The translations under genes and the position numbers were made by a program. This document shows positions 1-13,904 of a stretch of 64,000 nucleotides of DNA, piece by piece. Position 1 is the stretch's first letter. Each line of letters begins with the position of its first letter. This DNA comes from Octopus vulgaris (lineage: Eukaryota): positions 79,980,001-80,044,000 of the forward strand of contig OX597822.1 of assembly GCA_951406725.2 (NCBI GenBank), given 5' to 3'. The notes under the pieces are model-generated. The model was not told where the DNA came from, made no database searches, and saw only the letters and a program-made list of their open reading frames with translations.

Positions 1-96
1 TATATACAACAGTATTGGTTGCAGCGATTTTTTGTAGCTTTTCATTAACTCCAGTCAAAGTTGTTCTACCAGATATTTTCCATGTAATTGACATAA

Positions 97-393
97 AGCG
101 GCGAGCTGGTAGAAACGTTAGCACGCTGGGCGGAATGCTTAGTGGTATTTCGTCTGCGGTTACGTTCTGAGTTCAAATTCCGCCGAGGTCGACTTTGCCT
201 TTCATCCTTTCAGGGTCGATTAAATAAGTAACAGTTACGCACTGGAGTCGATATAATCGACTTAATCCGTTTGTCTGTCCTTGTTCGTTCCATCTGTGTT
301 TAGCCCCTTGTTGGTAGTAAAGAAATAGGTATTTCGTCTGTCTTTACGTTTAAATTCCTCCGAGATCAACTTTGCCTTTCATCCTTTCGGGGT
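97..393 (+). mobile_element. Abundant octopus-type SINE (GCGGCGAGCTGG...GAGTTCAAATTCCGCCGAGGTCGACTTTGCCTTTCATCCTTTCGGGGTCGAT core), with partial second unit
   Basis: B-box-like GAGTTCAAATTCC followed by a conserved core; the same core recurs in more than 20 places in the window on both strands. Confidence 0.85.
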
Positions 394-775
394 GCATGCG
401 AGTATGTGCGTATAGACGTGTTTTACTCTTACTGTATAAATTTTACGCCCCCTTTTTTCAGTTTTACACATTTAACTGTATTTTGCCGTTAGTCCTGTTT
501 TTTCTAGTGCATGTGCATAAATGGACGTTTGCATGAACCTTTTTTGTGCGCGCGTGTGTGCGAGCATGTATGCGGGTATGTATATATATTTTGGCTAATG
601 TGTGGGTGAGCATGTATACGTTTCAAGTGAGGGTGGATGAGTATATACATATAGGCGAAATTCGACCCATTTTTTCTTTCTTTTTCTTCCTTCTTTTCTT
701 CTTCCCAAAAAGAAAAGCTCTACTTTGTATTTTGTCCCTTCTGTGTTCAGCCCTGCGTGGCCAATAAAGAAATAC

Positions 776-906
<131 letters not shown>

Positions 907-1248
907 ATGTGTTAACATGTGACATTATTGATCGACTTAACCGTGGTCTTTTCCGTAGGCTTTTCTTTCCATGGATAAACCTTATCTGTTTCCCCCTTTA
1001 CAATTTACATCATGACATTTCTGTCATATACGATCCCTATTGATCGTTTTTTTCCTTTTTACGATCCCTTTTGATCGAAAACCTATCCCCCCTTTTTTCT
1101 TCCCCCCCCCCCAAAAAAAAAGAAAAGCTCTATTTGTAATTGTCCTGTCTGCGTTCAGCCCTGTGTGGCTAATCAAGAAAAATATCTATCTATATATTTA
1201 TATTTAAATACAAACATATATATTTATATGTCTCTTGGCTGGGCGCCA

Positions 1249-1700
1249 ACACATTTTTCTGCGAAATATATTTAATTTATCCTGTTCATGCTATATTATT
1301 AGCATTATCCTGCGTTTTAGAATAAAAATTACTTCCTTAACTCTTTAGACATCTCAACGCTTCTAAAGCAAATTTTGTTTACTATCATCGTAATTTGAAA
1401 TTAACCTACGATAGCGTCTTAAAAAATGAGATCTACATATCCTATATTTGCAGAAGAATTTGCGGTTGGGGCAGTTTAGCTTAAAGGTACAGCACTACAA
1501 CGCATAATCACCGGGGCGTGAGTTCGATTCTCATGGCTGGCCACAGACATTTTTCTGCAAAATATGGTTAGTTTATCCTGTTCATGGTATATAATTGGCA
1601 TTACACTGCGTTTTAGAATAAAAATTACTTCCTTAACTCTCTAGACATCTCAACACTCCTAAAGTAAACTTTGTTTACTTTCATCGTAATTTGAATTTAA
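1249..1700 (+). repeat. Two diverged direct copies of a ~155-bp unit (1249-1404, 1547-1700); a tRNA-like head at ~1468-1543 precedes the second (tandem SINE-like)
   Basis: Shared CTGCGTTTTAGAATAAAAATTACTTCCTTAACTCT; A-box-like TAGCTTAAAGG and B-box-like GAGTTCGATTC. Confidence 0.7.
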
Positions 1701-1705
1701 TATGA

Positions 1706-1763
<58 letters not shown>

Positions 1764-1764
1764 T

Positions 1765-2008
1765 GTGGAGGTACATGGCTTAGTGGTTAGAGCAGCGGGA
1801 TCGCGGGTTCGAATCTCAGACCGGGCGATGTGTGTGTTTATGAGCGAAACACCTAAGCTCTACGCATCTGGCTCCGGCAGATAGTAATGGCGAAACTTCT
1901 GTTGACTCTCTCGCTACAACTTTCTCTCACTCTTTACTCTTGCAGCTCACCTGCAACGGACCGGCGTCCCGTCCAGGTGGGGAACCTATACGCCAAGGAA
2001 ACCGGCCC
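1765..2008 (+). mobile_element. tRNA-derived SINE (GGAGG..CATGGCTTAGTGGTTAG family), flanked by (TA)n
   Basis: A box TGGCTTAGTGG and B box GGTTCGAATCTC; head homologous to the copies at 12015-12301 and 36138-36527. Confidence 0.8.
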
Positions 2009-2175
2009 TATATATATATATATATATTTTACATGCAACCATTTATGTATGTATATATGTATATTCGTAGCCACTTTATGGAGATTTTAGAACTAGCATT
2101 TTTGCTTATATATATGCAATATATCAAATATATATATGATGTACCCACACACACATACGTGTCTGTGTATGTGTT

Positions 2176-2213
<38 letters not shown>

Positions 2214-2804
2214 GGCATTCACACTACCTGATTTCAGGCATGACGAAGCTAAATATTAAGCTATGAATATGAGTGAAGAAAGAACGGTAATTTATCATTT
2301 ATAAATGAAATTAAACCGTTGTATATGCATGGTAACCATAGTAATACGTTCATTTCATTTGAGTGAAGTGTAACTTATATAATACACAAAGCTGTCCTAC
2401 GCTCATATCGGAGCGATTTTGAAATACTGTAGCGTAAAATTTCCATTTACGACGAGAAAAAGATACTGGATGTGAGACAGACTTTAACAACAGTAGAATT
2501 TTAACTTGTTTGTTGCGGGTGTCTGTGTGGTATAAAGCTATGAAACTGCCTAACGTTCTAATCGACAGGTACTTTCAAAATGTTAAGTGTATTTTGATAA
2601 AAACATTTAACTTAAATGAATATTGTACAAACTGTTGTACAAACTGTGTTGTCCACCACGCATAGTATCATTTTCCAATTGATTTCATTTATTTAAAATC
2701 ATAAATCCACATTTTCCCTTCCATCTAACTTCCTTCCTACGTCTTTCTCTGTTCTTCGTTTAGATTCTGAATGTTTTTTTTTTCTCTCTCTCTTTTCTTT
2801 ACAG

Positions 2805-2916
2805 CAACAGCCCAAAAAACCAAAGAAGCCTAGCATCTTTCGGTGCATGAGGCGTAAAAGACACAAAGCAACATTTGATACATTAAATATAGAATCAAAT
2901 CAGAAACATATTTTGT
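2805..2916 (+). CDS. CHS: Chitin synthase gene A, penultimate exon (QQPKKPKKPSIFRCMRRKRHKATFDTLNIESNQKHIL)
   Basis: Long polypyrimidine tract plus acag acceptor; GTAAGT donor at 2917; phase 0 to 1; polybasic peptide equivalent to gene B exon 19021-19105; joins the terminal exon in frame (T+CT=Ser). Confidence 0.75.
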
Positions 2917-3188
2917 GTAAGTATTCTTCTACTTTTCTATTATGATAATCTCAGAGGTCGGTAACACGGAAGATTCGGTAGATCGTTGCTGACTGAAATA
3001 CATTGCAATTCTTACTTGCGTCCTATAACTTCTGGTTTCGGATCGTACTGAAGTCAAGATCGATTTTCATCAGTCTAATGTTGACAAAAATAAAAGATAG
3101 TTCCTTGTAAAACATTCAGAAGTATTTATTTTGCAAGTTAAAAGTCATCCATGTTTTATATAAGTATATATTCATATGTAACATTTCT

Positions 3189-3235
<47 letters not shown>

Positions 3236-3393
3236 GACATATATATATAACAAGGACACTGAGATGGTGTCAGCCCTTCTGGTGACGTTGATGATCGCCT
3301 GGGGCTAAAAGCATCAGTAACACCCCCACCAACCCGCCCTGTCCCTAGCCACATTCAGATGGCTGATCCCCCTTACGTTATATATATATATAT

Positions 3394-3945
3394 AGGCACT
3401 GGTATGGCCGTGTGTTCGAGAAGCTCGCTTTGTAATCGCAATGTTTCAGGTTCAGGACCACTGCACGGTCCTTGGTCAAGTGTCCTTCTACTAAAGCCCC
3501 GGGCTGACCATCGTCTTGAGAGTGAATACGGTAGACAGAAACTATGTGGAACTCAGTCGTATGCCTGTGTTTTTGGTTTGTTGACCTCCACCAACCGTTA
3601 TTGCTTTGTTTACGTCCCCGTAATTTAGTAGTTCAAAAAGAATAAATATTAGGCTTTAAAAAAGCCCTGGGATCGATTCGGTCAACTAAACCAGTGGTTC
3701 TAAACCATTTGTCTCCAATGGATCACTTTGATTCCAATTTTACTTATAAGAAAACATTTTTAGAAATTTTATAACAAAAATTGTTTAAAATTTTGTATAT
3801 TGCTGAAATATAGGCAATTTATTGCAGATAATTCTTAACAACAAAATCTTATATCAACCCACAAGAGCCATATGGACCCTGGCTGAGAACCATTAAGCTA
3901 TACCTTTCAAGGTGGTGCCCCAGCATGGCCACAGTCTAGAGACTG
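3394..3945 (+). mobile_element. tRNA-derived SINE (second family) interrupted by a hAT-like MITE at ~3692-3893
   Basis: GGCACTGGTATGGCCGTGTG head and GGTAGACAGAAACT body, tail resumes at TTCAAGGTGGTGCCCCAGCATGGCC; MITE termini CAGTGGTTCTAAACC / GGCTGAGAACCATTA. Confidence 0.65.
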
Positions 3946-4064
3946 ATAAAAGATAAAGGACAGTATTTTGTGAATAATAGAATCATTTGTTACAGGTTTA
4001 TAACACTGCGATCGTTGCTTTATTGCACTTAAAGTGGTCAAGCTTTGTTTCAGAGCAGACTGCC

Positions 4065-4576
<512 letters not shown>

Positions 4577-5541
4577 TCAATGCGTTTATGTCCCTGTAAC
4601 TTAGCGGTTCGGCAAAAGAGAACACGAAAGACTAAGTACCAGGTTTACAAAATAAGACGTGTCACTCGAATTTATTCGACTAAAAACGCTTCAAGGTGGT
4701 GTCCCGGCATGCCCGTAACCTAATGACAAGTAAAATATAAAAGATATATTGATGGGTATGACATATTTTTTATATAATATTTTACATGTGTGGCATTCCG
4801 TTGGGTGTGCGTGTATTCGACACGACATACATTGTATTGATCAAACTGACACCATAGCAGAAGGCACTTCATACAAGTGCTGAATCCGGAAGCAGGTAGT
4901 TATTATTCGGTCCTCCTTCAATATCTGTTTGTATATTTGTCTGTCTGCGAATATCAGTTGGGTTCTAGATGCCGGCTAACCAGAGCGGTCAGTATCTAAT
5001 GTCTGTGTTTGTAATTATTTGTTAGTCACACTGTGAATTCTTTACAGTTCACTTCAAAGAAGACCTAATCGACGGGCACTGATGAAACTGCACCGACAAT
5101 ATTGATCTTTATTTCCAGTCGCAAGGGCCAAACACAGAGGGGACTGCACAAGGACAGACAGAATGCCACAAATAAAAATGAGTAAAATATTATATAAAAA
5201 TGAAAACTGAAATGGCTACACGAGCCCCACTCTCATGCAGTACAATTTAAACATTTTTACTCGTAGTTTATAATGCCTTTCACCCCAGTTTTTTTCCATT
5301 TGCGTCGCTTTTGCCCTCTCATTTTCTAAACAATTTTACATTTAAAAAAAATATATTATGAATGGTTCCATTTCTCTTCATTCCACGACTGACGGCAGTT
5401 TGTCAAACTCCACCGCAAATCTTCTCCCAGTGAGTAATCGCTGCAGTGGAAACACCTGTAGGTCATTGTAATATACTGTATATAACTTTATAATAAATTA
5501 TTTGGCTGTACAATTCTCAATAATCAATATTATTAATACTT

Positions 5542-5623
<82 letters not shown>

Positions 5624-6382
5624 TGTATGTATGTATGTATGCAGGTATGCAGGAATGTGTGTGAGGGGATTTATTTCAATTTTGAATTTATTTTGCAAAA
5701 CTTATGATCGGAAACCGTGTATTGAAATCAACATATGAGTGCATGTGTGTGTGTGTGTGTGTGTGTGTGAAGGTATCTGCTCTGAATCAAAGCTTCACCA
5801 CTTTAAGCACAAATATAGCGTTAATTCCTGAGGCTAGATATTGTTTTTGAGCCTGAAGTCTCTCTTAAAAACTTACCACGTGTCTCTGTTCTGAATTCTT
5901 ATTTCGCTGTGCTTTTTGTGTGCACGTTTAGGTGTCTCTTTAGTCCTCCACAGGATTTACACACCTTTTGACAAAAGTGAAACTGAAGTGTATTCTATAC
6001 TAAGTGTATTCTAAGTGTATTCTATACTAAGAATAGCTGCATCTCATCTATGAACTACATACATACATACACACACAATATTTTATGTATATATATGCAT
6101 ATATAACAATAATCATATATATGGAGACAGGGAGAAAGTGAGTGAATGAGTGAGTGAGTGACAGAGAGAAAGGGAGAAAGGGGGACATCCTTAACATTTA
6201 GATTATTTAATATTTGTCACCAAATAAGGAAGGAGACGCCAACTGTTATGATAATTATTTAACTTAATTTGTCGTTTTAAAAATCACTTTTATGTAATAT
6301 TTTATTATTTTCTTTTGCCGCCCTGCCAATGTGTCCATTAATACGATATCAACCAACATTGCTTCGAATAAAACTATGTCAG

Positions 6383-6837
6383 CTCCATCATCAACAGGAG
6401 AAAAGAATGCGGAAACCGAGAACAGTTCTTATGTCATCGGAAATCTCTTCTCATTAGAGGAAGGCAATGAATTGCAACAGAAAGAACATGAATTTTGGCA
6501 AAACCTTCGAGCTACACTTTTAGGCAATGATGTTAACCTGGGATTAGCGAAGGCTGAACTTGGGGACCGATTAAAACGATTACGAAACTACGCTTGGTGT
6601 GGTATGGTTGTTACCAATGTTTTGTGGCTGGCGATGCTGTCTGCGTTTTATATAGGCATTTCATCTCCTTTGTCAAGGCTAAACGTTTACGGTGTGATCA
6701 GTGGCGCCCTGTACGGCTTCACGCTGGTCATACAGCTCATCGGCTTAACTGCTTTTCGTTTGGATTACTTATTACGAAAATTAGCTGAAAGCACGTACGG
6801 TCGGAAATTACCGTTTTGGGTGAACCAAAAAGAATAA
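6383..6837 (+). CDS. CHS: Chitin synthase gene A, terminal exon (coiled-coil EHEFWQNLR...LKRLRN plus last two TM helices)
   Basis: Matches the CHS C-terminal pattern E..FW..L....L..LRN...N.LW...Q..G...R and aligns with the gene B terminal exon; acceptor gtcag at 6378-6382 gives the required phase 1; TAA at 6835-6837. Confidence 0.85.
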
Positions 6838-9800
6838 AGATAACTGATTGAGGATATAAAATATATACATAAAAGATACAACTGAGAAAATATCACTTTG
6901 ATTAAAATTAACGAATTCTATAAAATGCTTTTCTGTTTTATAAATTTTTGTAACTAGTATTTTTCGTGGAAGATTGTGTTTTGAGTAGAAATCCAAGTTT
7001 CGATTTTTCTTTAATTTCTTTCAGAAAATAAGTAACATAAACCTCGTGGACTACATTTCATGTTCTTTCCAGTACAAATTTGTAACCTTTTGTCCTAATA
7101 TCAACTCAATATTATTGTAAATTTGCGTTTTATAATTAAATTCCAAATCATAGGGATGAAAGAAAAAGTAAGAATTAAGAAATCTTTGAATTCGATTCAG
7201 ACAACTTTTCTTTCATTAATCTATAGAATCGAATGAATTTAGTGGTCGATAACAAGAAAAAACATATCTCTGACCTGGTTGAGAGAAATCATTATCTACA
7301 AGAGAGGCGGCCTGCAGATTCGTTACCATGTTGGACAAAATGCTTAACAACATTTTGTCTATCTGTATGTCCTCAGCTCAAATTCCGTCGAGGTCGACTT
7401 TGCCTTTCATCCTTATGCGGTCAATAAAATATGTACGAGTTGAGGTCGATGTAATCAACTTTCACGCCCCACCATCAAAAACTGTTGGCTTTGTGCTAAA
7501 ATTTGAAACTAATGTCTGTAAGAATGGAATTGTTAGCATATTAGACAAAATGCATAACGCCACTTAGTTCAAATCCCACGGGGTTATCTTTGTCTTTCAT
7601 ATCTTCAGGATCGATAAAATAAAGTACCAGTCAAATATTGAGATCGATATAATTATCTCTCCCCGCTCCTCAAAATTGCTGGGATTGAACCCATGGAAAC
7701 CAGATGAGTATTAGGGTCCGAGAAAAAATATCGATAAGGAAAAGAATATTTAAGGAGACGAAGCAGATAGACGAAGATGGTGGATCTGACTTCAAATTCA
7801 TTATTGGTTAATTTTAATTAATCGGATGCTGTGTGATTTTAACATAACTACTTTAAGAGGCTTATGAGTAACTTTTAACAATGTATGTGTCATTTGTGTT
7901 ATTAAGCGGTTGAATTAGTTTCTCCTTATTTGCAAAGACGACTTCCTCTTCTTTCTGAAAACAATGACAACGATAATAATGACAAATAATTGTTTTTAGT
8001 CTAAGATTAACTACTTGTAAAGGAAGTTGATAAAATGTGGCTCCCGGATTAGTTTAAGGGTATTAAATAAAACCCAAATGTTGCCTATGCAGCTCTTCTG
8101 GTGATAATAAATGCAAATATTTCTTCTAAATCCCAAATGATGCGAGAGGAAATAGTCAGTTAATAAAAAGAGCGTCAGTACTAGAAAATTCAAATGTGGT
8201 GGGATTTGAACTCAGAAAATGGACTTTCAAAAGAAAGTGTGCGTTATTTATCGATTCTAGCATTTTGGACCGGACAGGTCCCTACTTATACCGAACTCTG
8301 CTAAATAGCTGGTTAAGGGACAGAACTGTTGTACATTTACCCAAACAAAAAGACATAGGAACGACCCCAGTAATTTCATCAAGCTCGCACCCTGTTTCTC
8401 CTTGCAATTTAAAATTAATGTAGATTATAAGTTAAAACCAGATTCCTGGCACACCTGGATAAGCATTTCCAGGCACACCACTGATATAGTAAGATTCAAG
8501 AAGATATTTACGTTGAAAACCAGTTACTTGTGTCCTAGTACGAAATCCTTAATTGCATTCAAGCCCATTACAAGTAAAAACAACAGAAGTTTGTATGCAT
8601 GTTCTGTAGACCAACTATGAAATATCCAGCTGGTATACATAAGGCAGAGATCATCACAACCTCGCCAAATCAAACAGTTGAAATCCAATTTAAGAAAAGT
8701 GTTACAACCGCGTATCACTTTTCAGATATCCACACGAGGAGATAGACACAACTTTGGTGTGCCATAGATGGTTTCCGAAAGTCATAAAGATAGATTATAA
8801 GGTGAAATGGAAAGTGTTCGAGAAACTAGAAGATGACATAGAGGGATCTAAGAAGTGTAGACTCTATAAAAGGGGATACAAATTGCACAAATTCTAATGA
8901 TTGTCACAACTCTAAAAATATCTTTTTTTACTAGATGTCCTTACGCATGTAGATACTCGCTGGTCAACTAGAAAGCTCAATTTGTAGACCATATAGCAAA
9001 GCGATCTTACTTCGAAGGACACATTGACAGTTTAGACTCCATATGATATTTTTTTCCTCTCCTGCCTCTTCGCCTGCTTTCTTTTGTTCCTCTTCTTTTC
9101 TGCTTCTCCCGCAGCATTGTACATCTGCTAACCTTTCCGTTTATCATAAACTGGCTTAGCTTTACTCATGCACAATCACCCACTCTATATTGATGTTTTA
9201 ATTTAACGATGGAGACAAATTTTGGCACAGGGCCAGCACTTTCGAGGGATGGATAAGTCAATTACATCGACCCCGAAATGATGAAAAGTACAGTTGATTC
9301 CAACGGAATTTGAACTCAGAACCTAAAAGTGTACGAAATGCCGCTAAGCATTTTGTCCGGTGTGCTGACGATACCGTCAGCTCGTCGCTTTCTCCGACGC
9401 AAAATAATAAAACCAAAGCAATTTCATGTTCAACATTTTTATTGTTTTTATCTTCTTTTTTCATTGAAATAATATATAGAATATTGTTATTAATATTTGT
9501 CTAAGTTTCATGTTTACATTGATTTAGTAACAAGTACTTGGAATATGTTAAGAAAAAACTCCAGCGTTTATGGTGAAAATGTCTCAGATTAAAAACAATA
9601 ACAACAAAAGCTAATCCTGAATTTCCCGAGACAGACACCATCCCTACCATAACCATGAGGTATCATTTCACATTTAGAGGACCGACGTCGTTTAAATTGG
9701 CCCAAGTGCTTAACTGGGAATTATTTTAACGTCCCATAGATTTTGAGCCAAAAGGTGACTCGATGCGATTTAAATTTATAACGTAAAAAATAACTTAAAT

Positions 9801-10599
9801 AAATAACAATTCTAGAAATGTAATGAAAAGCATTCTAGTCGTAACATTCCCGTCGATTGTATATAAAAAGCTACATTGTTCAAGACCAGCTTTATTTTTA
9901 GGGTGTGATTTGGGAGAGTTTTCGCTGCTATTTTCGAGAGGTTGAGCGACAATTATGTGTGTGTTTAGCAGACACAGATCTATCAGTGTGAAAAAGAGAT
10001 TTGTAGTAAGAAGAATGTTTGTAAAAAAAAAAGGAGATTCGTAGAAAAAAAAACAAAACATTCGTAATAAAAAGTGAAAAAGAGATTAGTAAAACATAAA
10101 AGATATTCGTAGCATCTCTTTTAAAAAAGAGATTTGTAGTAAGAAGAATGTTTGTAATACATACGTTTCTGTTGTTCATGTAAATATGATAAATTTCAAA
10201 TAAGATTAAAATATGTAAAAGAAAGGAATAAAACTATAAAAATAAACCTGATTTATTATGTATTACATTCTAATCAGGAAGATTTTTTTTTATTAACATT
10301 TACCAGAGGTAACAGCGTAATTCAGGGATTGAAAGTTTCAATCTTTTTTACTTTTGGCACAAAGCCCAACATTTTGGGGGAGGAGGCCAGTCGATTAGAT
10401 CGACCACAGTACGCAACTGGTATTTAATTTGTCGACCCCGAAAAGATGAAAGGCAAAGTCAGGCTCGCCAGAATTTGAACTCAGAATGTAAAGACAGATG
10501 AGATGAAATACCACTAAACATTTCACCCGGAGTGCAAATGCTTCTGTCAGCTCGCCGCCTTGTTAGTAAACTCAATAACGTCTGATCAATGCTAACGCC

Positions 10600-11886
10600 C
10601 GAAACTCTCTTCCCAATATATATACTTTTAATTTCGCGCATTGTTTGTTTTTCATTTTGTCGACTACATATTTTAGTAGGGTCAGATTGGCACCAGTTGT
10701 AAGAAAAAACAGCACCATTATATTATTCACTCAGCCAGAAATTTGGAAATGACATGCTGTACCGCTTAGCATTCGCGTTAAAAGCTCCAATACGAACATT
10801 TCAGAGTGTTTGGATGTCAATCTGAGGACAGTGCAGAAGATTCGGAAAGAGTTGGATGAATCTAATGGTGATTACGAAGGTACGGCAGCTCAGAAAACTC
10901 ACTTTGATCGTTCTGATAAGAAAAGAACTCCGCAATTTGTTGGTGAGATCCAGGCCATGATTGACAATGATCCCTCCAAGTCAATCACATCCATCACCAG
11001 GGACATGAGAGTGTCTGAGTTTCTTATCAGGCAGGTAGTGTATGAAGACATTCGGTATTCCTCATACAAGATGAGAAAGGGAAAATTTTAATCCAAAGCC
11101 ATCAAGGACAAGAGGAAAGACCGCGCTTACCAAGCTTTTGAACTAACTCAAACATCTCCTCTAACCAAATATGCTTTTGTTTTTCTAAGACGAGAACAAT
11201 TTCTGCCAGCATCACATGGGGAACACAAAGAGCAACTGCTGGCTTACCGTGTCCCCAAAACATGTATCGAGAGTGATAAAAATCAAACATCCAGTCAACA
11301 TCATGGTGTTTGGAGTGATCACTAGTGATGACGACGTAATGCCTCCATTCATCTTCCTACACGGCCTCAGACTCAACACGGAGGCCTACATTAAGTGCCT
11401 GGAGGAAGTAGTGCTGCCCTGGGTCAAGAGGGTGACTGCTGGAAGACCCTATGTCGGGCAACAAGACTCTGCATCATGCGACGCAAGCAGGAGAACCTAG
11501 TCAAGGCTTTCAGACAATTTCTGCAACAACATCACCACTAAAATCTGGCCACCTAACTCCCCAGATTGCGGCCCTCTTTATTATTATTTGAGGGACGCAG
11601 TTGTGCGAGAGACCAACGAAACTCCTTGTAATACCAAAAGACGAACTGAAGGCAAGGATTATGGCAGCATTGACCAACTTGGTCAATGAAGAAGGAGACC
11701 GTCCAGAAGAGATGCAGGAGACTCCAAAGTTTCTGGGGGAGGAGGCGACTTTATTGAATAAATTTACTCTTTAGTATTTCAAGATATTTTTATGTCATTT
11801 TGGTAAATATATGTGTTAAAATGAGATGTCAGTGTTATTTTCATTTTTGCGTAATTGAGATGACAATTTATTCACTGCAACATGTA
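10600..11886 (+). mobile_element. Decayed Tc1/mariner-superfamily transposon, maT/DD37D-like
   Basis: HTH-region ORF 10810-11091; KHPVNIMVFGVITSD...QQDSA...WPPNSPDC spacing fits D(37)D; stops and frameshifts; left boundary approximate. Confidence 0.85.
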
Positions 11887-12014
11887 CACGTATACACACA
11901 CACACAATAATAAATATATACATATACTGATGTTTTGAGTTCTATTTTTGCTGTTTGCATCACCAAACCTGTTTGTAATCAGGAATGAATTGTTCGCAAG
12001 CCACCATTCACACC

Positions 12015-12301
12015 GTGGAGGCATATGACCGAGTAATTTGAGCAGCGAACTCGCGGTCGAGGCATCGATGGTTCGAATTTCAGACCGGGCGATGTGTGTG
12101 TTTATGAGCGAAAACACCTAAGCTCCACTCGTCTCTGGAAGAAAATAAAGGTGAACTTCCGCTGACTCTTTCGCCACAACTTTCTGTCTTTCATCTTGCA
12201 TCGCACTTGCGGACAAACCGTCGTCCCGTCCAGGTGGGGAACATATACGCCAAGAAACCGGCCCTTATGAGCCAGGCATGGATCAAGAAGGAACAAACAA
12301 C
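12015..12301 (+). mobile_element. tRNA-derived SINE, same family as 1765-2008
   Basis: GGTTCGAATTTCAGACCGGGCGATGTGTGTGTTTATGAGCGAAAACACCTAAGCTCC; tail AAGAAGGAACAAACAAC. Confidence 0.8.
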
Positions 12302-12401
12302 ATTATACAAAGCACTTTGCTTCGTAATGCTCTAGCAAAATATTCTCAGAACTGATTCAGTCGGGCGAATGTTAGACCCAATGCACTTTGGGTTTATCAC
12401 A

Positions 12402-12913
12402 AGTTTACGCATTATGATGAGATTCTGTCTGGTTCTCGCAACTATTACTAATCAAATATGCTTATAGTTTGATTTAGAGAGGGTGATAGTAGAGAATGTT
12501 GTATTTCGTTACACAATACATATCGACAGACAGACAGACACACACAGATTATATATCTCAGACCATTGTCTAATGAGATGGACTGCATGTAATATGTTGA
12601 TGCATCCGAGGCATGCATTGTGGAAATAATCGAAATGACGGAATAAATGCAATCCCATAACCTCCATTCTTGGCCTCTGCTTTTATAAATCCTGTTGGTT
12701 TATTTAACACCCACTCATAATCTATTATGCATTTTGTAGAAACTTCAACACCATCTGAAAGGTTAATAGTCGCAAAAACAATTGGAGAACCCACGATGAA
12801 ATTCGTGTTAAATGATATATATTTTAAAATATAATTGACTGGTTTCTGTAAGGCGTTTAATGAGTAATAGTTGCGAGAACAAAACAGGACCTGATCATAA
12901 TGCTTAATAAACT
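12402..12913. mobile_element. MITE-like element with ~65-bp imperfect terminal inverted repeats
   Basis: GCATTATGATGAGATTCTGTCTGGTTCTCGCAACTATTACT mirrored by AGTAATAGTTGCGAGAACAAAACAGGACCTGATCATAATGC. Confidence 0.65.
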
Positions 12914-13034
12914 AATAGTTTAACATCTGCAAATTTATAGGACCGATTTTGTGCTGAAATATTGCGCACTGCCTCTTATTAAATATCACAGAGATTGACG
13001 AAATTTGCATTAGATAAATTTCTTTGAGAGTCTA

Positions 13035-13080
13035 AGTACTGTGTGTATATATATATATATATATATAGTACTTAAACTCT

Positions 13081-13111
<31 letters not shown>

Positions 13112-13112
13112 C

Positions 13113-13174
<62 letters not shown>

Positions 13175-13181
13175 AAACTCT

Positions 13182-13215
<34 letters not shown>

Positions 13216-13219
13216 AAAC

Positions 13220-13260
<41 letters not shown>
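13035..13260. repeat. Minisatellite of TAGTACTTAAACTCT units separated by (TA)n
   Basis: About 5-6 units visible directly. Confidence 0.85.
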
Positions 13261-13263
<3 letters not shown>

Positions 13264-13419
13264 TCCCCGCCACACACACACACTTTCGTAATGTATGAAT
13301 GATAAATAAATGTCTAACGTTTTGTCGAGAGAGATTACGATAACCGTCTTATCTATGACTGATAATGTATGTATTTCACTTTAGTAGAAGGTATGCATAT
13401 TACACGCACGCACACACAT

Positions 13420-13456
<37 letters not shown>

Positions 13457-13904
13457 ATATGGATATGTTGACCTCTTCTATACAATATATAGTATCAATT
13501 GTTGTTTTCCAGAGCAATGATTTGAATTTGTCTAAACAGAGTGTTGGCTAAAATGTGCGTATTCTATCAACAAAGTATTGCGTTCGCAATCTAAATCAGT
13601 GGAATGTGAAGTAGGATTCCATGATTTCCACTTCCGGTGTAACAAGAAATAATAGTAACACCTTTTTTCTTTTCTTTGCGGGTGTAATTTCAATCGATAT
13701 AAACCATTTATTGGCTCTCGAGATTAAATATGCGGCCAGCTTACAGAAGCATCACTCGCACAAAGTCCCCACGAGACATAATATTTTATTTCGTCTGGAA
13801 ACTGATCATATATTAGGTTCGCAAATGAATGCAATTCTATCAGCGTGCTAATAAAAACTTGCATATAATACATGCACATACAACTGTGCATATTATACAT
13901 AATA

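Noticed and set aside
3020-3080. Minus-strand CTGATGA...GAAA hammerhead candidate
   Set aside because: Stems I and III do not pair; the sequence looks like a decayed SINE core
6331-6398. ORF-track start at 6331 and alternative acceptor at 6398 for gene A
   Set aside because: The region is an internal-to-terminal CHS segment, not a start; splicing to 6398 creates an immediate TGA, whereas 6383 keeps the frame
8300-8930. Possible LINE remnant in the intergenic spacer (also 42140-42660)
   Set aside because: Too degraded to assign any diagnostic motif by eye
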